Translations under genes and position numbers: made by a program
The notes under the pieces: model-generated
The model's input: the letters and a program-made list of their open reading frames with translations, nothing else
What the model was told of the DNA's origin: nothing
The model's database searches: none
Shown here: positions 29,090 to 38,218 of the stretch, in pieces
Layout of the letters: the number at the start of each line of letters is the position of its first letter
Position numbering within the stretch: the first letter of the stretch is position 1
Assembly: GCA_963422615.1 (NCBI GenBank)
Contig: OY730414.1
Coordinates: forward strand, 434,001 to 498,000
From: Longimicrobiales bacterium
GTDB lineage: Bacteria; Gemmatimonadota; Gemmatimonadetes; Longimicrobiales; Gaopeijiaceae
DNA: 64,000 bases
Reading direction: 5' to 3'

Positions 29090-29602
29090 TCAGTCCGAAA
29101 ATTCGTCGCTAGCCGGAGCTTCCTTATTCGCTGCTTCCGCTTCGGCTTCCGCCTTATTCGCTGCTTCCGCCTTCCTCGCTGCTTCTGTTTCCGCCTTCAG
29201 CCGGTCCCGCCGGATGACAGAGTGAATCCCGGTGAGCAACGCAGTGCTTGACGTCGACTTGACGCCACCCCGGAGTAGGGCGTCTCGAATCTGGGGAACC
29301 GTGTAGGTATCGCCGTATTGCGCCAGAAATTTGCGGTACGCATCCGTCGGCCCCATGCCCCTATACGCCCGGGGAGAGACCTTCGGGTGTCCGGCACCGG
29401 CACTCTTCCTCCTCCTCTTCCTCACAGACTTGGTTTTTTGCTTCACGGGGTGCCGTTTCTTCGGCGCCTCGGCCTCCTTCAGGAGCCCTTTCAAGCCCTC
29501 AATGACTCCCCGCAACATTTCAATGCGCTTTTCGTGGTTCCCCAGCTCAGCCTCTGCCTCCTTGAGAGCTACCTCGTATTTTCTTCTTGTTATTGCATCC
29601 AC
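29090..29602 (-). CDS. Hypothetical basic protein (coiled coil, Lys/Arg linker, helical domain), putative DNA-binding
   Basis: GAGGA Shine-Dalgarno 6 nt before GTG 29602, giving 170 aa; see findings. Confidence 0.7.
   Translation of the reverse strand: MDAITRRKYEVALKEAEAELGNHEKRIEMLRGVIEGLKGLLKEAEAPKKRHPVKQKTKSVRKRRRKSAGAGHPKVSPRAYRGMGPTDAYRKFLAQYGDTYTVPQIRDALLRGGVKSTSSTALLTGIHSVIRRDRLKAETEAARKAEAANKAEAEAEAANKEAPASDEFSD
29122..29170. repeat. 19-bp direct repeat with 30-bp period encoding AEAANK
   Basis: CCTTATTCGCTGCTTCCGC at 29122-29140 and 29152-29170. Confidence 0.8.
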
Positions 29603-29790
29603 TGATCTTCCTCTTCCTTTTCTTGAAATGCCCAAACAGGTCGTGCTCTGTTTCGGAGCGAAAATTGCAACAAATTTAGGATATAGTAAATGGAACGTCC
29701 AAGCAACTGGCCAGGCTCTTTACGACCACGACTCAAAAACCCGACGGTTGGCACTGGTCCAGACGAGCCTGCTTACGCTGCCCAGGCAGC

Positions 29791-30936
29791 TTATACCCTC
29801 TCGAAGAGGGCAGCCATTAGGGCGATTCGGCGGGGAATATCGCTCAGGAGAACATGCTCGTTCAACGTATGGGCTCCCCCTCCGTCCGGGCCCAAACCGT
29901 CAAGCGTCGGGCACCCCGCAGCAGCCGTGATATTCCCGTCGCTCCCACCTCCGGTCTCCTGTTCACCAAGGCAAAACCCCAATTCTCCTGCCGTTGAGCT
30001 GGCCATCTCGAAGAGCCGAGCCGATACCTCCGTTTTTTCCAGGGCACCCCGGTTTATTCCGCCAGAGAGCCGCAGGGCACACCGAGAGTCCTCCGCCACA
30101 AGCGCCCGCAACTCTCCGTCAACCCGCATTCCCTCTTCAATACTCCAGAACCTGACGTCGATTCTACCCAGAGCGGCATCTGCCACTACGTTCGCTCTCG
30201 TCCCGCCGGCGATTACGCCTACGTTGATTGTAGTACCGGCACCGGGGTCGGCCATTTTCCGGATGCGACAAATCTGATGGGCAATTTCGTGTACGGCGCT
30301 CGCTCCAGCTTCCGGCTCGATTCCTGCGTGAGCCGACCGTCCTGTAACTTTCAGCACATATGCGCCGACACCCTTGCGCCGGGTTTTGGCCGCACCGCCC
30401 GGGGCTGACGGCTCCACCACCAGGGCGACTCGGGAAGCCCGCGCTTCGGATGCAATCCGATCCCGGGAGGTAGGCGAGCCGATTTCTTCGTCGCAGGTGA
30501 TCAAAAAAGAGATGTCCGAACCCAGGCCAACCCCCTCTTCGGACAGCAGGCGAAGGGCCGACAGTGAAACGGCGAGGCCCGCCTTCATGTCGTATATGCC
30601 GGGGCCCTGCACCTTCCCTTCGCATACGGCAAACGGCAGACGCTCAAGCGTGCCCACGGCGTGTACGGTGTCCATGTGGCCCACAACCAAGAGAGGGGAC
30701 GAAGCGGCCTTTCCGGTTCCTCTAAAGCGTGCGAGGAGGTGAACCCCGAGGCCGGGAACCCGTATGCGCTCCACCCGTCCGCCGACTTCTTCCAATGCCG
30801 TTCCCAACACTTCTGCCAGTTTCAGATTCGCGTCCTCGTCGCGGGTAGGCGATTCGGTCTCCACCAAGACCCGAAGGAGCTCCAGGCACTCGGCAACCCG
30901 GCGTTCTGCATGGGCGATAGTGACGCTGGGCTTCAT
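29791..30936 (-). CDS. M20 family metallopeptidase (glutamate carboxypeptidase-like)
   Basis: Motifs GHMDTV, GPGIYDMKAG, DEEIGS, RKG, GRSAHAG, GGGSDGN and GAH. Confidence 0.9.
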   Translation of the reverse strand: MKPSVTIAHAERRVAECLELLRVLVETESPTRDEDANLKLAEVLGTALEEVGGRVERIRVPGLGVHLLARFRGTGKAASSPLLVVGHMDTVHAVGTLERLPFAVCEGKVQGPGIYDMKAGLAVSLSALRLLSEEGVGLGSDISFLITCDEEIGSPTSRDRIASEARASRVALVVEPSAPGGAAKTRRKGVGAYVLKVTGRSAHAGIEPEAGASAVHEIAHQICRIRKMADPGAGTTINVGVIAGGTRANVVADAALGRIDVRFWSIEEGMRVDGELRALVAEDSRCALRLSGGINRGALEKTEVSARLFEMASSTAGELGFCLGEQETGGGSDGNITAAAGCPTLDGLGPDGGGAHTLNEHVLLSDIPRRIALMAALFERV

Positions 30937-32309
30937 TCTTCTACCCGTTGCAATCGAAGGGACGTCGCGTCCCCGGTCGTTCGGTAGATGCCGCCTCGAC
31001 GGTAGCTCTCGTCAAGCAGCTCCACCGGGTGGAACACCGGGAGGTTCCGTCCCGCCAAGCGGAGGCCCGCCCCGATTTGCATCATGCAACCCGGATTGCC
31101 GGTCACCAGGACCTCTGCACCCGTCTCCAGCACGCTGCGCACTTTGTCGGAACCGATCCAGCCTCCCAGCCGAGGGTGGGTCAGTCCATAAATGCCGGCC
31201 CCGCCGCAACATTCTCCGGCGTTCGGAAGGGGGCGGACTTCAAGCTTCGGGATGGCCTCAAGTACGGCGGTCTGAGAGCCGTCCACACCCCGAGCGTGAA
31301 GGAGGTGGCAAGGAGCGTCACAGGTCACGGAGAGGGACAGGGGACCGCCGGGTAGAGGACCTCGATCGGCGAGGAGTTCGGACACGTCCCGGACTCGTTC
31401 GGCGATCGCTGCGGCCCGCCGGGCAAAATCGGCATCGTGAGCCAGAAGCGACCCGTAGGAGGCCGCGGCGGCTCCGCACCCGGAGGCATTTGTGACGAGG
31501 TAATCCAACCCAGCGTCCCCGAAGGCCTCCACATTCCTCCGCGCCATGGATCGAGCCGCTTCCAGGTCGCCCCCGTGGGCGTGAAGGGCGCCGCAACAGC
31601 CTTGACCCTGCACCGATACGAGATGGTACCCATTGGCTTCCAGAACTCGCTTGGTGGCCCGATTCACCCGGGAGAACAGCCCCGCCTGTACGCAGCCGGT
31701 GAGGAGGCCGACCCGCACCGGATCTCCCCCCGAACCGACATCTCCCTGCCGCAACGCCGGGCGACGGAGGTCTGCCCTTGGGCGGTACCGACGCTGGCGG
31801 ACCGGAGCGGATGCGGCCAGCATGGCCAGGGCCAGGGAGACACGCCCGAACGGGGAGCCGGACAGCAGCCGCGTCAGAAGGGCAGGAAAGCGAGTGGCGC
31901 GGAACAGGCGGGCGGTGAACATGGCCGGGCGCATGATCCATTCCGTGCCGAAAACCCGAAGGAGGACGCGAGACGAGACCGGGAGCTTCCGGGCCTCCCG
32001 AGCTACCTGCCGGGCCCGTTCCAGAAGGTGGCCGTAGGCGACACCCGAAGGGCAAACCGGTTCGCAAGCCCTGCACCCGAGGCAACGGTCAATGTGGACC
32101 TGGAAGGCGTCGGAGTCCGCCTCAAGGCGCCCTTCGACGACCGCCTGCATCAGGTACAGTCTTCCCCGGGGAGAATCCGCCTCATCACCCAGGCGGCGAT
32201 AGGTCGGGCAGGCAGGCAGGCAAAAGCCGCAGTGGACACAGTTGCGGAGCCCCTCTTCCTGCTCCTGGAGCGCGAGCTCCAGGACGTCGGTTACCCCACT
32301 ATCGGGCAT
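30933..32309 (-). CDS. glcF: Glycolate/D-2-hydroxyacid oxidase Fe-S subunit
   Basis: CVHCGFCLPACPTY, SPRGR, CLGCRACEPVCPSGV and two CCG domains. Start uncertain (32309 or 32342). Confidence 0.88.
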   Translation of the reverse strand: MPDSGVTDVLELALQEQEEGLRNCVHCGFCLPACPTYRRLGDEADSPRGRLYLMQAVVEGRLEADSDAFQVHIDRCLGCRACEPVCPSGVAYGHLLERARQVAREARKLPVSSRVLLRVFGTEWIMRPAMFTARLFRATRFPALLTRLLSGSPFGRVSLALAMLAASAPVRQRRYRPRADLRRPALRQGDVGSGGDPVRVGLLTGCVQAGLFSRVNRATKRVLEANGYHLVSVQGQGCCGALHAHGGDLEAARSMARRNVEAFGDAGLDYLVTNASGCGAAAASYGSLLAHDADFARRAAAIAERVRDVSELLADRGPLPGGPLSLSVTCDAPCHLLHARGVDGSQTAVLEAIPKLEVRPLPNAGECCGGAGIYGLTHPRLGGWIGSDKVRSVLETGAEVLVTGNPGCMMQIGAGLRLAGRNLPVFHPVELLDESYRRGGIYRTTGDATSLRLQRVEE

Positions 32310-35127
32310 TCGGCCGAGGCTCCAGATCCGGTGCAGAGACATCGGGACACAACCCGGATAACACCGACATGGGGTCGAAGAGCGCCTTGATCCGCCGGGT
32401 CAGCTGCCCTTCGCTGCCCAGGCCTCCGGTCCAGCCTGCGCGCGCCGCCAGCTCGCCGGGCCCTCGGGTGAGGGTCAAGCTGCCACCCGATTTCTCCATC
32501 TCGCGGCGCTCTTGCAAGAGCCGACTTCCCCATTCCGCCAGCGCGTCCGGCGCGGGGGCCTTTACTCGAACGGTGCCCTTCTGTGCATGGGCGGTAACTT
32601 CACCGTGCAGGTCAGCCGCCAGCGCCCGAGCCCGGTCGAAGGTATCGGCCAATAGCGCCGGCAGTGCGGAGAGACGGATCACCAGGGGGGACCCGTCCTC
32701 CCAGTCCGTCCGTTGGTCGTGAAACGCCTCGCTCTCGGCGTCCCGAAGAACCGACGCTGGGCCGGAACCGGCGGCCGAAGAAACCCGGGAGCACAGGTCA
32801 TCCATTTCTTCCCATCCTCCCGAAATCTGCACGGCCAGCGTCATTCCGACCCCGCTCGGACCGCACCCCCCTTCAATGAGATCCGCGGAAACGACGGGGA
32901 GCGGGCTCGTGCAAACCGTTTGCGCCATGGTCACCAGTTCGCCCCCGTCCCCGCCGCCAGCCCCCCCCCTGGCACTGAAAAACAGGGTCGCCTGGGCTTC
33001 GGGCAGTGGGAAAAGGCGAACGGAAACGCCGGTAACGATCCCCAGGCTGCCCCGGCTCCCCGTCATGGCGCGAACCAGGTCGTACCCGGCCACATTCTTG
33101 ACGACCCGGCCCCCGATACGCAGAATCCGGCCGTCGCCCGTTACCACTTCCAGCCCCAGCACGTTGTCGCGAACCGCTCCGTAGCGGGCCTCGAGGGGTC
33201 CCGATACCCCGCTCGCCACCAGGGCGCCCAGGGCCCCCCGGTTTCGGCCGGGCGGATCAACGGGCAGCCACTGTTCGTTGGGGGCCAATACCTTGACCAA
33301 ATCCCGCCACAAAAGGCCTGCACCGGCCGTGAGGGTAAGGTCCGCGGGTTCATAGTGCTGGACCGAATTCAGGCGGAGGGTCGAAATCACCACCTGGGCC
33401 CTCCGACCCCACCCACCAGCCGTCAGCCAGCTACCCCGACCCGCCGGGATGATGCGAATCTTCGCTTTGTTGGCGGCAAGGACCAGCGCCCGGACTTCTT
33501 CCACGGAGGCGGGAAATGCGACGACATCCGCGGGGAAGCCTCCGGACCACTCCCGGGCGGCCCCCCCAAGCAAGACCTGGTTGTCCGACAAGAGCCCAAC
33601 AACCTCCGCGATCGGATTCTCGCGGGAGGGCCCGGACGGACCGGGTGCATGTTTCTCGTCCCCGGAGGCCGGCGGACCGATGGCCGCTCCCTCGGAGCTG
33701 GAGACCGCAGGGGAATCCCCGGACCCGTTCCTGCCGGGATCGGTATCCTCCGGGAGGACTTTCCCGGGATTCAAGACACCGTCCGGATCGAAGGCTCGCC
33801 GCACGCTCCACATGACGCTCAGTTCCTCGGGGCCGTAGACGAGGGACATGTGGTGCTTCTTGTCCAACCCCACCCCGTGCTCCCCGGTGATGGTGCCACC
33901 AGCGTCGATGCAGAGCCGCATGATCTCCTTGGACGCCTGCTCTACCCGGGCCAGCTCGTCCTTGTTGCGGCGATCGAAGAGAATGTTGGGATGAAGGTTT
34001 CCGTCGCCGGCGTGAAACACGTTGGCCACGACCAGCTCATAGCGCTTTCCGATCCTGGAGATCCCCCGGAGGACCGCTGGCAGGGTCGTTCTGGGCACGG
34101 TGGCGTCCTGGACCAACAGGTCCGGAGCGATCCGGCCCATGGCGCCGAAGGCCTTCTTGCGCCCCTTCCAGAGGGCAGCCCGCTCCTCCTCGCTTCGGGC
34201 CCTCCGCACGCCGCGGGCGCCTGCCCTTTCGCACAGATCCCCTGCCCGTGCGGCCTCCCGGTCCAGGCCCGCTTCGACCCCGTCGAACTCGATCACCAAA
34301 GCCGCTTCGGCGTCGGTGGGGTACCCTGCAGCAAAAACACTGTCTTCCACGGCCCGGATCGTCGCACCGTCAATGATTTCCATTGCCGCGGGGAGCAGCC
34401 CCGCCCCCACAATGGCGGACACCGCCCGTCCGGCGGCGTCGATCCGATCGAAGATGGCCAGCACCGTGCGAACCCCTTCAGGCAGGGGAAGGAGGGAGAC
34501 TTCGATCTCCGTTGCGATACCGAAACATCCTTCAGAACCCACGAACAACCCGACTAAGTCGTACCCCGGCGGTTCGCGGCGGCGGCCCCCCAGCTCCACC
34601 ACGGACCCATTGGACAAGACGACCTTCAAGCCGGTTACGTATCGGGAGGTCACCCCATACTTCAGGCAGTGGGGCCCACCGGAGTTCTCGGCCACGTTGC
34701 CGCCGATGGTGCACGCGGTCTGAGATGAAGGATCGGGAGCGTAGTAGAGGCCGTAAGGCGCCACCGCCGCAGACAGCTCTGCGTTGATCACTCCGGGCTG
34801 GAGAACCGCCCGGCGGTTACGGGGATCGATTTTCAGGATTCGGTTCATCCGAGCCGTGCCGATGACTACGGCGCCGCCCAGGGCCACAGCCCCCCCCGAA
34901 AGCCCCGTTCCAGCCCCTCTGGGAACAATGGAAAGGCCGTGTTTCGACACCGCCCCCACGACCTCGCATACCTCTTCGGTGGTCCGCGGCAGAAGGACCG
35001 CGCCGGGCCGGTGCCGGTACGCCGTCAGGGCATCCGATTCGTACGCGAGCAGGCGATCCTCGTCCACAATGACACCGTCGGATCCGCATATTTCGGAAAG
35101 ATCGGCGACGAGAGAGCCCGGGATCAT
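32299..35127 (-). CDS. Fused GlcD-GlcE FAD-linked oxidase
   Basis: GlcD half: RGAGTGLSGG, PDPSSQTACTIGGNVAENSGG, HAGDGNLHP, GEHGVG. After a Pro/Gly/Ser linker, GlcE half: YEPADLTLT, GGRVVKNVAGYDL. Confidence 0.88.
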   Translation of the reverse strand: MIPGSLVADLSEICGSDGVIVDEDRLLAYESDALTAYRHRPGAVLLPRTTEEVCEVVGAVSKHGLSIVPRGAGTGLSGGAVALGGAVVIGTARMNRILKIDPRNRRAVLQPGVINAELSAAVAPYGLYYAPDPSSQTACTIGGNVAENSGGPHCLKYGVTSRYVTGLKVVLSNGSVVELGGRRREPPGYDLVGLFVGSEGCFGIATEIEVSLLPLPEGVRTVLAIFDRIDAAGRAVSAIVGAGLLPAAMEIIDGATIRAVEDSVFAAGYPTDAEAALVIEFDGVEAGLDREAARAGDLCERAGARGVRRARSEEERAALWKGRKKAFGAMGRIAPDLLVQDATVPRTTLPAVLRGISRIGKRYELVVANVFHAGDGNLHPNILFDRRNKDELARVEQASKEIMRLCIDAGGTITGEHGVGLDKKHHMSLVYGPEELSVMWSVRRAFDPDGVLNPGKVLPEDTDPGRNGSGDSPAVSSSEGAAIGPPASGDEKHAPGPSGPSRENPIAEVVGLLSDNQVLLGGAAREWSGGFPADVVAFPASVEEVRALVLAANKAKIRIIPAGRGSWLTAGGWGRRAQVVISTLRLNSVQHYEPADLTLTAGAGLLWRDLVKVLAPNEQWLPVDPPGRNRGALGALVASGVSGPLEARYGAVRDNVLGLEVVTGDGRILRIGGRVVKNVAGYDLVRAMTGSRGSLGIVTGVSVRLFPLPEAQATLFFSARGGAGGGDGGELVTMAQTVCTSPLPVVSADLIEGGCGPSGVGMTLAVQISGGWEEMDDLCSRVSSAAGSGPASVLRDAESEAFHDQRTDWEDGSPLVIRLSALPALLADTFDRARALAADLHGEVTAHAQKGTVRVKAPAPDALAEWGSRLLQERREMEKSGGSLTLTRGPGELAARAGWTGGLGSEGQLTRRIKALFDPMSVLSGLCPDVSAPDLEPRPNAR

Positions 35128-35137
35128 TCGGCTCAAC

Positions 35138-36028
35138 CTATCCAGGGCGGGATAGGTAGTCCAGGATCCCCTCAATGCTCCGCACGGCCAAGCCGAAGAT
35201 CTCGGCAGGAAGGGGGCCGTAGACTCGGGAGGCCAAAGTCCGAGGGTCGTCGGAATTCCCCGCCTCCAGGGCCCGGCGAACTTCTCCGATCCGGCCCAGG
35301 CGGTGGCGCCGGAACCGACGAATCGCCTCTTCGGGGTTGCGGATGGGATCGCCGTGGCCCGGGTAGAGAACGCTGGCACCCAGGGATTCCAGCCGGTCCA
35401 AGGAGCGCAGGTAATCGGCCACTCCCCCAGGGTACTCCCCAATCCAAGTGGTATCCCCCTCTCCCAGGATCAGGTCGCCGACGAAGACCGCCCCCGACGG
35501 TGGGAGGTGGAAACAAAAGTGCCGCAGGGCATGCCCGGGGGTGGCAACGGCGACGAGCGGCCCCGTGCTGGTTCCGACCACGGCACCGTCTTCCATCTCT
35601 CGGCTACTCCCTGGGCCCACCACTTCCGCGCCGATTCTGCGGGCCAACGCCTGTGCCCCCGCCGAATGGTCCGAGTGGGCATGGGTAAGCAGGATGACAA
35701 CTTCAGTCGCGTCACTGACCGCTCCTGCCAAGACTGCCAAGTGGTCATCCAGAAAAGGTCCCGGATCGATTATGGCGGCCACATGCTCCCCCACGACGTA
35801 GCTCCACGTTCCGGCAAAGGTGAACGGCCCTGGATTGGGAGCCAGGAAGGAGCGTACACCTTCCTGCCGATATCTCTCCTTCCGGCGATCCGTAGGAGCC
35901 GACGAAGAACAGCCTCCGGCGACTCGGCCCCCCTGTTCCGATCCAGCGCACCCAGCGCGCGAAACCCGTTTTCCCAAGAGTGCCCATTTCGCCCCGGGAG
36001 CATCCCCCGACGGGACCCCTTGGGTCAA
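35138..36028 (-). CDS. MBL-fold metallo-hydrolase
   Basis: Motifs APNPGPFT, THAHSDH, TPGH, GDL and PGHG. Start uncertain. Confidence 0.85.
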   Translation of the reverse strand: MTQGVPSGDAPGAKWALLGKRVSRAGCAGSEQGGRVAGGCSSSAPTDRRKERYRQEGVRSFLAPNPGPFTFAGTWSYVVGEHVAAIIDPGPFLDDHLAVLAGAVSDATEVVILLTHAHSDHSAGAQALARRIGAEVVGPGSSREMEDGAVVGTSTGPLVAVATPGHALRHFCFHLPPSGAVFVGDLILGEGDTTWIGEYPGGVADYLRSLDRLESLGASVLYPGHGDPIRNPEEAIRRFRRHRLGRIGEVRRALEAGNSDDPRTLASRVYGPLPAEIFGLAVRSIEGILDYLSRPG

Positions 36029-36495
36029 CGACGCTCGTGGGCGATCTGTTCCGCGAGCTTGTCGGCGATCATGCGGACGGCCACTTCATCCTGGTCGTCA
36101 AAGACGTCCGCCTGGTGGGAATCAATGTCAAACTGGCCGAATATGCGACTTCCGGCGCGAATGAGCACCACCAGTTCGGACTTTACGGCGGGATCGCACG
36201 CCAAGTAGCCGTCAAACTCCGAAACATCGGGAACATTTTGGTCGGCCCCGTGTGCGACGGCAACACCACACACCCCCTCGCCCACCGGAATCTTCGCGTG
36301 CTCCGTGGAGGCTCCAACGTAGTTGTGGAGCCATAACTCGGATTTTTCTTCGTCAAGAAGGTAGACACCGACCCAATTGAAGCGGTCGGAGGCCGCGTGA
36401 ATCGTCTTGACCGAATACCGGAGGAGGGCATCGGAAAGGTGGCCCTCCTCCCTCATTTCCTGGATTTCTCTGATCACGGAACGGGAATCTACCAT
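36025..36495 (-). CDS. GAF domain protein (free Met-R-sulfoxide reductase MsrC-like)
   Basis: Motifs NWVGVY, IPVGEGVCG, VPDV, YLACD, SELVV and DIDS. Confidence 0.8.
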   Translation of the reverse strand: MVDSRSVIREIQEMREEGHLSDALLRYSVKTIHAASDRFNWVGVYLLDEEKSELWLHNYVGASTEHAKIPVGEGVCGVAVAHGADQNVPDVSEFDGYLACDPAVKSELVVLIRAGSRIFGQFDIDSHQADVFDDQDEVAVRMIADKLAEQIAHERR

Positions 36496-36648
36496 CTTCT
36501 ACGCCGTTTTCTGCGGTTGCCCCAAGGCTTCAAGGAACTCTGCCCTTGCAACCGAATCGAAGGATGAAAGTGAACCCCTTTTTGAAATATAGCACCCTCC
36601 AAGCGTCGCAGAAGCGGCAGTGAGATCGGAGCCACCGAACGCCCCCGG

Positions 36649-37710
36649 TCAGCTCCTGCCAAAGTCTACACCCTGTTCAAGGCGCTTCACGAAGGCAGCG
36701 AGGAGGCGAGCGGCATGGAAGAGGTCGGAGAGGGCGACCATTTCGCTGGGGGAGTGCATGTACCGGTTCGGAATGGAAACGAGGCCGGTGGGTATGCCTC
36801 TACCCGCCAGGTGAATCGCGTCGGCGTCGGTGCTCGTGCGCAGGGGAGCCGCCTGGATGGTGTAGGGGATGTCGTTGCGGTCCGCTACTTCGGCAAGCAG
36901 CTCGAAGACGGCCGGGTGAACCGCCGAGCCCCGGGTCAACACCGGCCCGCCCCCAAGGGAGTGATCCCCCAATTCGGCTTTGTCCGTTTCGAGAACATCC
37001 GTCGCGTGAGTCACGTCCACCACCAGGGCTACTTCGGGAGAGAGACCGAAGGCGCTGACCCGCGCGCCTCCTCCCGAATATCCGATTTCTTCCTGGGCCG
37101 TCGCCACCGCCACGGCTCCGGTCTTGCCGGAGGCTTGGGAAAGGAGGCGCAGGGCCTCCAGGACGACGAAGGCTCCGACCCGGTTGTCCAGCGCCCGGCC
37201 GGCCACCCGGTCCCCTGCCAGGCGTACCATCCCCTGGTCAAGCACGGCCGGATCTCCGATGCGCACCCCAAGCTTGGCCAGGTCTTCCCGAGACGACGCT
37301 CCCACATCGATCCACAGCTTCTTCACTTCCACCGCCCGCTTGCGCTCTTCCCCGTCGATCAGGTGAACGGCTTTTCGTCCGACCACACCAACGACATCCC
37401 CTTCCCTTCCCATCACGCGGACCCGCTGGCCGACGAGAACCTGGGGATCCCATCCCCCGATGGTTCCGAAGTGGAGAAGCCCGGATTCGTCGGCGTGCGT
37501 AATCTGAAGGCCGATTTCGTCGATGTGGCCAACCATGAGGACGCTGGGGTCGCCCTCCTCATGAAGGGCAGCATAGCTGTTGCCCACCACGTCGGACCAA
37601 ACCCGGGCGAAGGACTCCGCTTCATTCCGCCAGACCCGGGCGGGACGGGCCTCGAAGCCCGAGGGGCCGACGGCTTCGAGGAGCCGCTCCAGAAAGGCGA
37701 TTCGGGACAT
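36649..37710 (-). CDS. M42 family aminopeptidase
   Basis: Motifs GPSGFE, GHIDEIG, GGWDP, LDNRVG, QEEIG, VDVTHA and RYMHSPSE. Confidence 0.9.
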   Translation of the reverse strand: MSRIAFLERLLEAVGPSGFEARPARVWRNEAESFARVWSDVVGNSYAALHEEGDPSVLMVGHIDEIGLQITHADESGLLHFGTIGGWDPQVLVGQRVRVMGREGDVVGVVGRKAVHLIDGEERKRAVEVKKLWIDVGASSREDLAKLGVRIGDPAVLDQGMVRLAGDRVAGRALDNRVGAFVVLEALRLLSQASGKTGAVAVATAQEEIGYSGGGARVSAFGLSPEVALVVDVTHATDVLETDKAELGDHSLGGGPVLTRGSAVHPAVFELLAEVADRNDIPYTIQAAPLRTSTDADAIHLAGRGIPTGLVSIPNRYMHSPSEMVALSDLFHAARLLAAFVKRLEQGVDFGRS

Positions 37711-38114
37711 CAGGAGGGCGGACCCGGTCGCACGAAGAATACGACCGCCCCTTGGGGGGACCGGCGCTCCAAACGCTTGCGGATGCGCTTTTGGATCCAC
37801 CTGCGGGTAGCGGGGAAGATCAGGCCGAAGCCGAGAACATCGGTGAGGATACCCGGCGTCAGAAGAAGAACGCCCCCCACAAGCACCGAAAGGCCGTCCA
37901 GAAAAGACACGGGCACCCGGCCCAGCGTCAGTTCCTGTCTCATGGCCAGGAAGGCTTGGATCCCCTGGCGACGAGCCATGGCGGCGCCTGCGATTCCCGT
38001 AAGCACCACCAACCCGACCGTCGGTGCCGGACCGACCCACTGGCCCACGTAGAGGAGAATCGCCAATTCAACCAGGGGAACGGTTACGAACAGCAAAATC
38101 AGACGGCTCAACAT
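37710..38114 (-). CDS. fxsA: FxsA family membrane protein
   Basis: LFVTVPLVELAIL..RRQG..GGVLLLTPGILTD. Confidence 0.88.
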   Translation of the reverse strand: MLSRLILLFVTVPLVELAILLYVGQWVGPAPTVGLVVLTGIAGAAMARRQGIQAFLAMRQELTLGRVPVSFLDGLSVLVGGVLLLTPGILTDVLGFGLIFPATRRWIQKRIRKRLERRSPQGAVVFFVRPGPPS

Positions 38115-38218
38115 TCCTTCTCCTCTGCCATACCGTGTATCTTTCCGGTTCCGGTGCGGCCCACCCCCTCCCGGACCGTGCCCGGAAGCTCCACGTCCCG
38201 CACCGCTGGGGAAGAACG

